DNA of 30,822 nucleotides from Candidatus Altimarinota bacterium (GTDB lineage: Bacteria; Patescibacteriota; Gracilibacteria; BD1-5; JAGOOR01), in assembly GCA_043720655.1 (NCBI GenBank), contig JAYSSG010000091.1:1-30822 (forward strand), given 5' to 3'. Below are positions 10,122 to 22,090 of the stretch, piece after piece (within the stretch, counting starts at the first letter, position 1; every line of letters starts with the position of its first letter). Under the pieces are notes generated by a model. That model was not told where the DNA came from, did no database searches, and saw only the letters and a program-made list of their open reading frames with translations. Both the position numbers and the translations under genes were made by a program.

Positions 10122-11885
10122 CTATGTACGGAGTCGTATATGGAGTTCTTTAAGGCTCTCTTCATCGACATCGCTCGGAGCATTCATGACCATATCTTGT
10201 GCTTTTCCAGACTTTGGAAATGCGTAGATGTCACGGATATTATCTTCTCCTAAGAGTATCATGATGAGTCTATCAGCACCAAATGCAAACCCACCATGAG
10301 GCGGGACACCATATTGAAATGCCTCATACATACCTCCAAACTTTGTTTTTACTTCTTCTTCAGGTCGCCCTACCATGCGGAATGCTTCGGTCAAGAGCTC
10401 TAAATCATGGTTTCGAATCGACCCTGACAGGATTTCGTAGCCATTGAGCGTGAGATCATATTGAAACCCATAGATATCGAGAGGATTCATCACTTTTAAA
10501 TCCTCAAGAGAGGCATTGATACTACTAAAAGGATTATGAGCAAAATCGAGTTTCCCTGTTTTTTCGTCTTTTTCAAACATTGGAAAATCCGTAATCCAAG
10601 CGAATGAAAGTGTCGTTGTGTCAACAAGCGAGTATTTATTTCTCAGAGCAATACGTACATTTCCGAGAACTTTGTTGACTATATCTCTTTGATCAGCTCA
10701 GAAAAATATCATATCACCGACTTGTGGATTCAGTGTTTCTTCGAGTATTTTGAGCTCATTTTGACTCGTAAATTTCAGAATCGGACTCTTTGGTCCCTCT
10801 GTTTCATAGATAATATAAGCAAGACCTTTTGCACCCTGTGAAATAGCTAATTCTGTGATTTCATCGATATCTTTTCGAGACATCGCTACTCCAGGAAGTT
10901 TGAATGCTTTTACGACACCGCCTTTCTGAATGGCTCCAGAGAAGACAGAAAAATCGGACTTTTCAAAGACTTTACTGAGGTCTTCAAAATGGCAATCAAA
11001 TCGGATATCTGGCTTATCCGATCCGTATTTTTCTATAGCTTCATGATGTGTAAGTCGCTTGAAAGTCGGTGTGAGGAGTTTTCGTTCTGGACAGATTTCT
11101 GTTACGAGTTCTTTGGCAAAATTTTCAGCCATTTCGAGGACATCTTCTTGATGAACGAAACTCATTTCACAGTCTATCTGATAAAATTCACAGCTATGAC
11201 GATCTGCTCGAGGATCCTCATCGCGGAAACAAGGAGCTATTTGGAAGTATTTATCCACTCCTGCTACCATAAGGAGCTGTTTGTATTGTTGAGGAGCCTG
11301 TGGAAGGGCATAAAATTTCCCTGGATGGAGTCGAGAAGCTACCAGATAATCCCGTGCTCACTCTGGAGAGCTCACGGTAAAAATAGGCGTCTGTACTTCG
11401 AGAAATCCTTTTTCGCTAAACCATTTTCTTGTGTAATTATTTACTTTTGCACGGAACTCAATTTTCTTTCTTTGGATATCTCTTCGGAGGTCGAGATAAC
11501 GGTATTTAAGACGAATATCTTCATTGATATTCCCGTGGTCATTGATTTCAAAAGGCGGTGTTTTTGCCTTACTGACAATCGTACAAGTGTGTACGAGTAT
11601 CTCAATAGCACCAGTGGATAAATTCTCATTTTCTTGACCTATTGGACGAGGACGGACTTCTCCTTCTACTTTTATCACCCATTCGGCACGTGCCGATTCG
11701 ATAACCGAAGCCGCTTCCGGGTATACTCCAGGATCAAAGACGAGCTGAGAAATCCCATATCGATCTCGAAGGTCGATAAAGGTAATTCCTCCATGGTCTC
11801 GACGGTTGGCTATCCAGCCAGCGAGTGTGACTTTTTCTCCAAGATGATGAGCATTGAGCTGTCCGCAGGTGTGAGTTCTGTGCAT
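10122..11885 (-). CDS. aspS: Aspartate-tRNA ligase, probably non-discriminating, 587 aa
   Basis: MHRTHTCG, RRDHGG, SPEGARDY (G = TGA), QIAPCFRDED, PPHGGFAFGADR. Three ORF-track pieces form one frame. Confidence 0.97.
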
Positions 11886-12064
11886 AAAAAGGAATGAAAG
11901 ATAGATACTTTTTTGTATTATCGTTATTTTTTAAAAAAATACACCTTTTGTTGAGAAAAATCGGACAGATTTTATTACTTTTTTTGTTTATTTGTCAATC
12001 GTATTCTGAGGCTGATTGGCTCTATCGGGTTGAATTGAGCAAAAAGATGCGGTATTCTATCTGT

Positions 12065-12889
12065 ATGTGAAAACATAAGAAACATAATCATTATAGCTTC
12101 GGATGAGTACCCCTCATGGATTGGTATGGTTTTGTGTTGGCTGCTTTTATAGTGGCAAGTGTTACGGCGTATGCCTTTTCTGTGTCTTTTGGTTCCTCAC
12201 GTGGTGCATTCAACAGTGCTCCCCAGGAATCCTTGGCTCTCGTGGCTATAGCTATTGCAAACAATGTTGGGACTGGAGCTTCTCGTGCCTCAGAAATTCC
12301 CGTGATGTCGCCCAATGATGTCGCCGTTGCTGGGGGTGCTATTGTACACGATGCGATGGATGGGGAAATATTTTTCTCTGATAATTTCCAACAACTGTCT
12401 GAGTATGAAGAAGTCGCTCGAATCGATGTGCCTTCTTACCTCAAAAACAAAACAAACAAACAAGAAGCTCTGGAGAGCTATATCGATGAGCTCATAAAAC
12501 ATACAGAAAAAGCCCGTGCCACTCTGCAGGCTATCACAGCTCAGATGCTCTTTCATAAAAATGCACTACAAAGCACTCAGTCAGATATCAAAAATACTCA
12601 AGCAGCTATAGAGGCATCCTACAAGAATCGAGACAGTAGTGGTATCATGGATAATATCGCTGATCTGGATGAATTTGTACTCGTACAGCAGGATCATAAG
12701 TATGGGCAAATATTTGGACAACAAATAGCCAAAGAATATCAGGATGTTATCACATTTTCAGAAAGCAAAATCCAAGTACTGAAAGCAAATATTTCCGCTC
12801 TGGTCCAATGAGTAACGGTCAATCTCCCAAAATGAATCCAGGTGACAGATTTGGAAAAGCTCCAGATATTTTCTCGTGAAACACTCTAA
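12065..12889 (+). CDS. Hypothetical protein with N-terminal membrane anchor and helical C-terminus, 274 aa
   Basis: ATG 12065 (second codon TGA) or 12116. Hydrophobic segment YGFVLAAFIVASVTAYAF. Ends at TAA 12889. Confidence 0.8.
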
Positions 12890-12893
12890 TTTT

Positions 12894-15236
12894 ATGTCTC
12901 AAATTTTTTCTTCTCTTGCTCGACTTTTCCAAAAGAAATATACCAAAATGTTTCTTATTTTCGGTGGGGTAATGCTTATGTGAGTCTGTTTTTGACAAAA
13001 TAATCCACAGTATACCGAGAGCGATATGACAAAAAACATTATTGAAATTTTTGACCTTATCTTTGGCTTACTGGCACTCATATTGTGACCAATGGTAGTA
13101 TTGGCTGGTTGGCTTCTCTCTCCAGACTGGACAATGGGTGACTTTTTTGGACTTCGTGGATATTTCAAAGAAGTATGGATACTTGTTGCCAATATTGTCT
13201 ATATCATCTTTGCCCTGATGCTCCTCTATATGGCTATTATGCAGATATTTGGAGGCTCTGAGAGTGAATATGCTTTTAAAAAGAAACTTCCGAGTTTTCT
13301 TGTAGGTATTTTGCTGGTGCCTTTTACATGGTTGATTGTCAGCTGGACACTCTCTTTTGCTAATCAAGCGGTGGCTGCTGTCCTCTCGATACCGATGGGG
13401 TCTATTGGTAAAATAAGTAAGACAGATGTTGGGACTCAAGATACTTCTATGTGGCACAAAAAAATGCTTCCAACGCAATTTGATTTTTCATCCAATGAGA
13501 GTGGATATGGTAATATGAAGTGTTCAGATGGTCTTTTGCAAAATAAAGATGGTACGACGACTCCCTGTATCTCACCAGCAGAATTTTTGACTCAAAATCA
13601 AGCGTGACCATTTTTTATCATTATGATTTATGCGTATAATATCTTTAAAATACAAGATGCAGATATTAATGAAATTAAAGATTTTTGTTCTGCAAAGACT
13701 GATTCTGGAAACAATGTAAAATATGAATCAGCGAAGAGTTGCGTGGAGAGTTTGGTGAGTATTCTTCGAAATTTTTGATTGAGCCTTGTCGTGACGGTAT
13801 TCTTTGCTGTGATGCTCATCGCTCTTTGCTGGGTACTTCTGATGCGAGCCATCAAGCTCTGGATATATATCATGCTTTCTCCTCTCTTTGGTCTCGCATA
13901 TTTCACTGGAAAATGATTTTCTGAAGGTGTAGGGGAGGCTGGAGAGTCATGATTTGGACAGGTATGATTTAAGTCATTTTTCAAGCTTGCAATGGTGCCG
14001 GTATTAGTCTCGGCTGTACTTGCTTTTGGACTTCTCTTTGTTTGAGTCGTGCGTGATAATTTCCACGGCGGAGTCAAAAATCCTGGTCAAACAGTCTTTT
14101 GTACGCAAGAAGGTGTCGGCTATATGGTGACCTATTGTATCGAGCAGACATGACCCACAACAGCACCAGTCTATAATTCAAAACTTATTATAGGAACTGA
14201 TACTACGACTGATGGTAAGAGCGATTCGAGAATTACTCTTAATTTCTGAGATGCATTTTCTCATATTATTGGTGGTGCTGAGGGGGATGGTGTTATCTCA
14301 TCTGCCTGAGGCGCTGTAGCTGGCGGCATTAGTAGTGTCGATGATGTTTTTGCTCATATTATCCTGACAATGATGGCTCTAGTATTTATGTTTATGGGGG
14401 TCAAAGTTGCTGCTAGCTATGATCCAGTGACTGAAGCCGCCTTTAAGCCATTCGCTTCTCTGGGTGAAAGTGTGGGTAATTTCGTCGCCCATTCACCAAG
14501 TTATTTACCTTTGCCACATCCAGCCTTTGCGGCGCTTACGCCAGCTGGTATGAAGGGGCTGAGTACTGTACTGGACAATAGTGTTCGTGAACATGAATAT
14601 GCCGCCGGTAAGAGTGCTGCGGATCTGTTTGATGGGAATCTAAATAGTTTTAAGTCATCTGTTTGAAATGCTGCCGCAAGTGCTGATGAGCTTAATAATA
14701 ACATGCAACGCGTTTCAAATGAAGCTCTCTCCCGTAATCCAAAAGAAGTCGCAAGTGCTATTAAACAGACTCTTCAGAAGATTAACACACCAGAAGCTAA
14801 ACAATTAGCAGAAATTATTAATGATAATGACAAATCTAATAAACGTCTCTGAGATGCTATTGATTCACATCAAGCACTTGTTGATACTGTAATTACTCAG
14901 GCAGGAGCAAGTAAAGATCCTCTCCGTCAGATGCTTGATAAGGCGAAGCAGGTATGAGAAGTACACAGTACTCAGGCAAGTACCCCACGGACTATCGACG
15001 GTAATATATGAACAATCACGGGTTCTTGAAAAAATCATACTGTTACAATTGACTGACAAACCCTTAACTTCAATTCCAGTTTTAATCAAACTGCACTCAA
15101 CCAAGATCAAAACAGAGCAATTACTAAATTAAAAACAGCTATAACAACGAATAACACTTTGGATATGGAAAAAGCTCAAAGACTTTTCCCTGGACTCCCA
15201 GAAGCAGATCTTAAGAAATATCTCCAGATTCCTTAA
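12894..15236 (+). CDS. Large multi-pass membrane protein, 780 aa, VirB6/TrbL-like pattern
   Basis: One frame with many TGA(Gly). Multiple TM segments; WILVANIVYIIFALMLLYMA and MRAIKLWIYIMLSPL. The family call is pattern-based. Confidence 0.75.
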
Positions 15237-15248
15237 GAAATATCTTCT

Positions 15249-15276
15249 TTGCCTTCCCGATACTTCTTTCTATAAT
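15249..15276 (+). promoter_or_regulatory. Putative promoter giving a near-leaderless mRNA
   Basis: TTGCCT-16 nt-TATAAT, 8 nt before ATG 15285. Confidence 0.6.
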
Positions 15277-15284
15277 GCGGGTAT

Positions 15285-16379
15285 ATGAATTTTTTAGCAA
15301 CTTGTACTCCATGAGTGGAGCGATTGGTACGGAGTGAACTTGAACGTCAGGGGATTCCTGTGACCTATGGTCAGGATCGTTTGGTAGGTTTTTCGTGAGA
15401 CATGAAGACGATGATACAGTCTAATATCTGGTTACGCACCGCCAATCGTGTGTATATCGAGCTTGAGAAAATTACACTGACATCGTTTGATGGACTCTTT
15501 GCCTGTATTGAGAATATTGACTGGAGTCAATGGATACCCGGTAATACACCTGTGATGGTTTCTGCAACGAGTATTCGTTCAGTACTGTCTCATACGCCTA
15601 CATTGCAATCTATCACAAAAAAGGCTATTGTTCGTCGTCTTTCACGAGGTACGGATGAATGGCACGAAAATATGTTTAATCAGCCAATAGAAGTATTTAT
15701 TCTTGTTGTGGCTGATGAAGTACATATTCTTATCAATACTTCTGGTCCCGCTCTACATAAGAGATGATACCGAAGTCAAACAGGAGAAGCTCCTATCAAG
15801 GAATCCCTTGCTGCTGCCATGATTCTCTTGAGTGGTTGGAAATATAAGACTCCTTTCTATGACCCCCTGTGTGGTAGTGGAACTCTACTCATAGAGGCGG
15901 CTATGATCGCACGAAATATTGCCCCTGGATTGTCTCGATGATACGATTATCTCCAATTCCCATGGGGTTCTCGTGAGCTCCATGACGAATTGGCACAAGA
16001 AGCAAAAACAAAAGCATTTCAGCAATCTTATCAAATATTCGGGAGCGATATTGATGGGCATATGGTAGATATTGCACGAGAAAATGCCCGCCATGCAGGC
16101 GTGGCTGATACGATTACTTTCTCAGCCTCATCACTTACAGATGTTCAATACCCTGAGTGAATTCATCTGGTTACTAATCCACCTTATGGGAATCGTCTTG
16201 AGAGTGATGATCTCGATTGACTCTATACTGATTTAGAAAATATTTTCGTACAAAATAAACTCTCTGGAGGTGTCATCACTACGTATGATAAATTCCCACG
16301 AAAAACAAGTGATTGGAACAAAATGAATCTCATGAATGGGGGAGATAAATGTCAGTTTTGGAAAACAAAGCAGAACTAG
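15285..16379 (+). CDS. THUMP-domain rRNA methyltransferase (RlmL/YpsC-like), 364 aa
   Basis: [21 protein letters not shown] (G = TGA), [25 protein letters not shown]. Confidence 0.92.
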
Positions 16380-16384
16380 TTTTT

Positions 16385-17143
16385 TTACTTTTGTGAGTCA
16401 AAAAATCGAGCAATTCTCCTGATAAATCCATCATCTGAGAAATTTCCTACCATAATACTGCGGAGCTTTTGGACATCCTCAAAAGATATTTTTCACGAAT
16501 GACGTTTTTCGCCGAAAGCACCGGTATTGATACTCTCTGAGAAGTTTTCCCAAAAGTCTGCATCGCAGAGCATGGTATAGGCGGGGAGTTCTCGTAGGGA
16601 TTCTTCGAAAAGCTGCATAAGGTCGGCATCTGATCCTTGCATGATTTTTTCAAGGATTTGATATATCTTGCCCAGAGAAAGTTGGAAATTTTGGTGCAGA
16701 ACCTTGTAGAGTGTTTTCTCGAGGAGATCGTTTTTTCCAGGATGGAGCCTGCTGCGCTTATTCTTCTCTCGAAAATAGTTTGTTATGTTTACTTCAAAGA
16801 GATTTTCAAGGATTTTTTGATAGGTATTTGTGACGAGAAAACCATCAAGTTCCTTGTTGCGGACAATGTGGTGAAAGTTTATTTCTGAGTCTCTGAGGAG
16901 CTTCATATTTGCTTCTCCGATACGCTTCGAGACATCACTGAAATATTTTTTGATTCTTGTTTCAATATGCTCTGAGGTTTCGATGAGATCTATCCGAGTT
17001 TTATCCATCATTGCCTCCTTTTCGAGACGCAATTTTCTATCTGAAAATTCTCTTCCGATCCATTGTTCAGCCGCCTCGAGCTTTGCTTGAAGCTCTTGAT
17101 TTTTTTGTGTGAGTTTTGTGATAGAAGGGTCTGGTATTGTCAT
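16385..17143 (-). CDS. Hypothetical protein, 252 aa, N-terminal coiled coil
   Basis: ORF-track 16493-17143 extends through TGA to TAA 16385. Confidence 0.8.
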
Positions 17144-17172
17144 ACGAATACTACTTTATCACATATTTTTGA

Positions 17173-17646
17173 TTATTTCAAGAATTTATCTGAAATAAGT
17201 ATTCAATCGAGGTGATCTACTTCATGCTGTATTACTCGAGCACCAAAACCAACTATTTTTTTCTTCATTTTCCGTCCTTTGATATCTATCCATTCGACTT
17301 CTACTGTAATTGGTCGCTCGACGTCGCCAGTTACTCCTGGAAGACTCAGACATCATTCTTCATCAATATCAGTTTCTGTTGATTTTGAGAGAATAACAGG
17401 ATTGATCATGACTGTGATAGGATATGAGTCGTCATCTCTTTTTACCGGTAGTCATACGATGATAATTCTTTTACTGAAACCGACTTGAGGTGCAGCGAGT
17501 CAAATCCCATGGTGTTTAGGGTTTTTGATATAATTGAGCATAGTCTCACTGAGTACTCTATGAGCATGCAATTCTGTACTTTTCAGAGGCTTTGCAACTG
17601 CTCTGAGTATAGGGTTATCGGTTCATGTTTGGATAGAGAGGTTCAT
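17173..17646 (-). CDS. def: Peptide deformylase, 157 aa
   Basis: GIGLAAPQVG, EGCLSLPG, HEVDHLDG, each containing a Gly encoded by TGA. Missed by the ORF track. Confidence 0.97.
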
Positions 17647-17683
17647 AGGAAAATGTAGTCAAAAAACTATAGAAGTAAAGAAT

Positions 17684-18274
17684 CTATCGATATTCTTGCC
17701 GTCATTTCAGTGCATTCATAAGTGTCAGACTATCGACATAGTCGATGTAGCCAGCATTTGGGAGTCAGCGTGAAAGGCGTGAAATTCGGACATTTTGAGG
17801 TGTATTTTCCCGTAAGTAGAGAGCTGTTGCCTCTCATTCAAAATTTGGATTGGTAGCTATGATGATCTCCTCTACACCATCAAGCCTTCTAAAAAGTGAA
17901 CTAAAATTCAATTCTTTTGGTCATCGCCCATGGAGTGGGGAGAGTGAGCCTCCTAGGACATGGTAGAGGCCTTTGAAAACTCCTGTTTGTTCAATGGCGA
18001 GGAGATCTGCATATTCTTCAATGACACAGATAGTATGAGTATCTCGTGTATCACTACTACAATATTTGCATGTTTCTGTTTCTCGATCTTTGAGACCATG
18101 ACAGAGAGGGCAAGTAGATATATTTTTTTCTACAAACAGGAGCCTTTCTGAGATTTCTTTGAGAAGACCTATTTTTTTTGTCACAATAAAAAAAGCGAGT
18201 TTCATCGCAGTCTTTTCTCCAATGCCTGGGAGTTTTGCGAGTGCATCGATGAGTTGTTTGAGTGATTCAGGCAT
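17684..18274 (-). CDS. recR: Recombination protein RecR, 196 aa
   Basis: LPGIGEKTA, C4 finger CPLC...CKYC, YHVLGGSLSPL, ATNPNFEGEATA, SRLSRGLP. Confidence 0.97.
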
Positions 18275-18276
18275 TT

Positions 18277-18615
18277 CTATTGAGTAAGAGTGATATAGGA
18301 AATATCGACAGGATCTATGGGGCGCATTTTTTCATCTTTTTTATACAGTTCACTGACAGATTCTTGCTTTGCTATTTTGGCTCGTAACATATGTTTTGTT
18401 TGTTGTCTTTCTCGTCGCACACTCTCTATTCTCGTCATCTGATAGCCGTTATTTGCATTAGCATTGAGTATCCATACATAGAGAGATCCTACGAGTATGA
18501 GGAGTATGACAGTGAGACTATAGGCTCGTGAAAAAGAGATTTTTAATTTCTCTCTTGCCTCTTTACGGAGTGAACGAAAAGTAGCTTCGAGATTTTCTGA
18601 GAAATATTTATTCAT
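18277..18615 (-). CDS. FtsL-like cell division protein, 112 aa
   Basis: Directly downstream of rsmH. Basic cytoplasmic N-terminus, one TM helix, then coiled coil. Confidence 0.6.
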   Translation of the reverse strand: MNKYFSENLEATFRSLRKEAREKLKISFSRAYSLTVILLILVGSLYVWILNANANNGYQMTRIESVRRERQQTKHMLRAKIAKQESVSELYKKDEKMRPIDPVDISYITLTQ

Positions 18616-18681
18616 AAGAGTGTGACAGTGTGTCTGAAAATATCAGCCTATTGTATGAGAAAATAGTATATTTCAAAGAAC

Positions 18682-19659
18682 TTATATTTTTTGTGCGACT
18701 CTGAGGAGGGCACTTCGTGCTCGAGGGTTTTTTGCTATTTCTTCTGCTGAGGGGGTAATGGGTTTTTTTGTGAGTATTTCGAGCGTTCAAGGAGTTGTAT
18801 CTTGCCCAGTGATGGGATCTTTTTCTGGTGTAGATTTTTCTCGAAAAAAATGCTTTACAATACGATCTTCACCCGAGTGAAAGGCTATCATCGAGAGTAC
18901 CCCTGAGGGTGTCAAAATATCGTGTGCATCAGTAAGCATAGTCCGAAGTGCTCCATATTCATCGTTGACAGCGATTCTAAGAGCTTGAAAAACTCTCGCC
19001 AGAGAATCACGAGATACTTTTGTGATAATATCCGAAAGTTTCTTGGTAGTCTCTATGGGTTTTATCTTTCTTGCTTCGAGTATTTTTTTTGTGAGATATC
19101 CTGCTTTTGGCTCATCGCCGTATATGCGAAACATTTCTGCCATTTTATCGTACTCAAGGGAATTAAGGAGAGACTTTGCTGTTATCGGGCTATCTAGATC
19201 AAGACGCATATCAAGTGGTCCATCAAAACGAAAAGAAAAACCACGTTCTGCTGTATCAAAATGGACACTGCTAACACCTAGATCAGCGTACACAGACGTC
19301 AGATTAGATACTCTATGTAGGGCACTGTTCTGATTTATTGATGTGTACGATGCTATATTTTCAACCACCTTTTTTATATCGCGGAAATTACTGAGTATAC
19401 AAAATATAGTCGGTTGCTCTTGTATCGGCTTTTTCTCAATCACTTCTAAAATTCTTTTTGTTGCACTTTTGAGATTTGTTTCGTCACAGTCGAGCCCAAT
19501 AAATATATCTCATTTTCCAAGTTTTTTGATGACTCATGATGCATGACCTCCAAGTCCAAGAGTACAATCAATGATGACATTGGTGCCAGTTTCAAAAATA
19601 CGAAGAGACTCAATGAGCTCTTCGTATAAAACTGGTATATGTTGAATGGATTCAGACAT
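18682..19659 (-). CDS. rsmH: 16S rRNA m4C1402 methyltransferase, 325 aa
   Basis: [61 protein letters not shown]. Confidence 0.97.
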
Positions 19660-19661
19660 TA

Positions 19662-20066
19662 CTATTGAACGGCTGCTGGTTTTGGTTCTGGCTGTGCATC
19701 TTCTGCTGGCTTTTCCATCACGTATGAAGATTCGATGAAACATCCATTTTTGAAAGCTACATCAGCTTTTGCAACGAGTACTTTTATCATACTATCACAT
19801 TCTTGTGCTACTTTTTTTGGTTCATCATTGTCGATTTTTCTCTGCATTTCTTTGAGAGCATTCTGGAGTTTTCCTTTACCTGCCTCTGGAGCTTTTTCTA
19901 TAGAACACGTGATGTATTTGATAACGGGTTCACATACTTTTGCAGATTGGTCTTTATTTTTGATTGGTGTATCAGCAGTGACGATGATATTGTCGAGATT
20001 TTTTTGACCACAGGAAACGAGCAATACTGAAGCCAACACTAATGATACAGGGAGAAATTTTTGCAT
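19662..20066 (-). CDS. Putative lipoprotein, 134 aa
   Basis: MQKFLPVSLVLASVLLVSC lipobox. Four further Cys, possibly disulfide bonded. Confidence 0.75.
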   Translation of the reverse strand: MQKFLPVSLVLASVLLVSCGQKNLDNIIVTADTPIKNKDQSAKVCEPVIKYITCSIEKAPEAGKGKLQNALKEMQRKIDNDEPKKVAQECDSMIKVLVAKADVAFKNGCFIESSYVMEKPAEDAQPEPKPAAVQ

Positions 20067-20117
20067 AAAGAAAGTTATAAAGTGGTGGAATGGTAATATT
20101 TTTGTAGCCCTTGTCAA

Positions 20118-20516
20118 TTATTCGGTCTTGACATCAAGTATATCAAAATCTCGTTTATCACCCTTTATGGTGATGTCTATTATTTTAGTAGGATGAACCA
20201 TACTTTTGATGATTTCTGGCCATTCTATCAGACAAATAGTATCTGGATCTTCCAATATCTCATCCGCTCCGATACGCATAATATCGCTGAGTGTTGTAGC
20301 TCGATAGAGATCGAAATGGTACACATTATCACCATATTTTTGATAGTAGGTGTATGTCGGCGAGACTATCACTAAATTCTCATCTCCTAAATGGTGACGT
20401 ATGAGCTCTTGTGTAAAAGTTGTTTTACCAGCACCAGGTAGACCTTGTAGAAATATTCTATCTCCAGAAATAAGAGAAAAGAGGTGTTTTTTGAGATCTT
20501 CTTGGTGTATTTGCAT
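20118..20516 (-). CDS. tsaE: t6A biosynthesis ATPase TsaE
   Basis: GLPGAGKT, SPTY, HFDLYR, LIEWPE. Confidence 0.95.
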   Translation of the reverse strand: MQIHQEDLKKHLFSLISGDRIFLQGLPGAGKTTFTQELIRHHLGDENLVIVSPTYTYYQKYGDNVYHFDLYRATTLSDIMRIGADEILEDPDTICLIEWPEIIKSMVHPTKIIDITIKGDKRDFDILDVKTE

Positions 20517-20522
20517 GAGAGC

Positions 20523-21533
20523 CTATGGTTTTAGAAGTCTTTCTACTGTAGAAACTAACTTTTCTGATGTGACTTCGTCTGCATCAAAAAATGATTGTCC
20601 CATTTCTGTCAGTATTCCATGCGTTTTTGAGCTGTAGCTGATAGCGAGAAGTGGTATTCTCATAACAGAAGCCAGAATAATGCTATGGAGTCTCATTCCA
20701 ATAATTGCATCACAAATAGTGTAGGTTGCCAGTGTTTGCTCTATTGTTTGTGCTATTTTAACCCCAGGAAAGAGAAATCTCTGCAAATAATATCCATCAT
20801 GGGCAGCGATGTTATCTGGATGGAGCGAATGTGGGAGGAGATAGACTGTGTAATCTTTCTGGAGCAATGTCCTTATGGTGGCTGCTACGACTTTATCTGA
20901 TACAAATCATCATCTCAGAGCCACTCCAATGATTTTTCATTCTTTTTGTTGCAAAGAGGATTCTTTATTTGCTTTGTATTCAAAAACAGGATCGACCTGT
21001 ATATTTGCTGTATATCAAAGGAAAAATACTTTTTTCTGACTTTCTTTATCTCGTACAGTGATGGTAGCATTTTTAAAAATTCCTTTAGCATATTGTTTGA
21101 GCTCATTGTCTTTTGCGCTGACTCATAGGGAAAGGTAGGTAAGAGGTTTTCTCATTATTTTCGCAAGTATTGCGCGCATCCACCAGAGATGGAGAGGTGA
21201 ATGTCACTCTTCTGAGGCGCCATAGAGAAGTCCACCACCACCGATATAGATATGACTTGAAGCGTAAAATGCACGTAATGTCTGTAAAAGATATCCTATA
21301 TTTCTCATGGGATTTTTCCGTATATTTGTTGGAAAATAGGGAAGTATGGTGAGATTTGTTTCTGAGAGATTTTGTGAACGAAAAAATCTCCATGTTCGAG
21401 AGGGATCATGAGAAAAGAGTGTAATTCTTACCTCTGGATTTTGATTTCGAAGACTCTGTATTTCACAGAGGGTGATGAGTTCGTCACCGAGATTTTCAGC
21501 GCCTGTGGCGGTCATGAGAACGATAGTATTCAT
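20523..21533 (-). CDS. Polysaccharide pyruvyl transferase family protein (CsaB-like), 336 aa
   Basis: GAENLGDE, GGGGLLY, ITVRDKES, DPVF, IGMRLHSIILA. One frame across several TGA. Confidence 0.88.
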
Positions 21534-21541
21534 TGGTGGTA

Positions 21542-21997
21542 TTATTTCTCTATTCCTTGGGTAAGTATCTGGAAATGTTTCTTTGAGACCGTTTGTACTG
21601 AGAGTCGTGATCCTTTTTGAGTCACAACCATATCAGACAAGAGAGAATGAGATTTTATATCTTTCAATGATATAGTATCAAATTTTTTTACAAAATCCAT
21701 TTTTCGTGTTATCCATATTGGTTTTTCGAGGGTACTTTTGCTATCATAATGCTCATCCATGACGTCGAGAGCAGTCATATCAGGAAGTGCCTCGCTTGAT
21801 ACCCGCATCAGTCATACAATTCATGGGATGTCACAATTAGAATGATAGAAGAAGCATATATCTCACACCTTCATCGAATCACGCAGAATATTTCTTGCTT
21901 GATAGTTTCGTACACCAGTCCAAGAAGTCGTTGCATCTTTCTTGAGGTTATCAATGTTGTAACAATTTGGCTCAGATTTGAGAAGAAAATAATTCAT
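21542..21997 (-). CDS. EVE domain protein, 151 aa
   Basis: YFLLKSEP, WTGVRNYQARN, FFYHSNC, SRLSVQTV. Confidence 0.92.
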
Positions 21998-22008
21998 AGA
22001 GCGCAGCC

Positions 22009-22036
22009 AGTATAGTGTTTTGTTCTTCTGGGTCAA
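22009..22036 (-). promoter_or_regulatory. Putative promoter for the EVE-csaB-tsaE unit
   Basis: TTGACC-16 nt-TATACT, 11 nt before ATG 21997. Confidence 0.65.
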
Positions 22037-22045
22037 AAAGCAATA

Positions 22046-22073
22046 AAAAACATCCGCCTAGGCGGATGTTTTT
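22046..22073. terminator. Intrinsic terminator after the H1-like gene
   Basis: Perfect palindrome AAAAACATCCGCCTAGGCGGATGTTTTT. Confidence 0.85.
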
Positions 22074-22090
22074 GAGAGAAAATAAAATAA

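Noticed and set aside
10989-11621. 210-aa plus-strand ORF and other long antisense ORFs (4855-5349, 28130-28669, 22116-22322)
   Set aside because: They lie opposite well-supported genes and reflect codon periodicity or low complexity.
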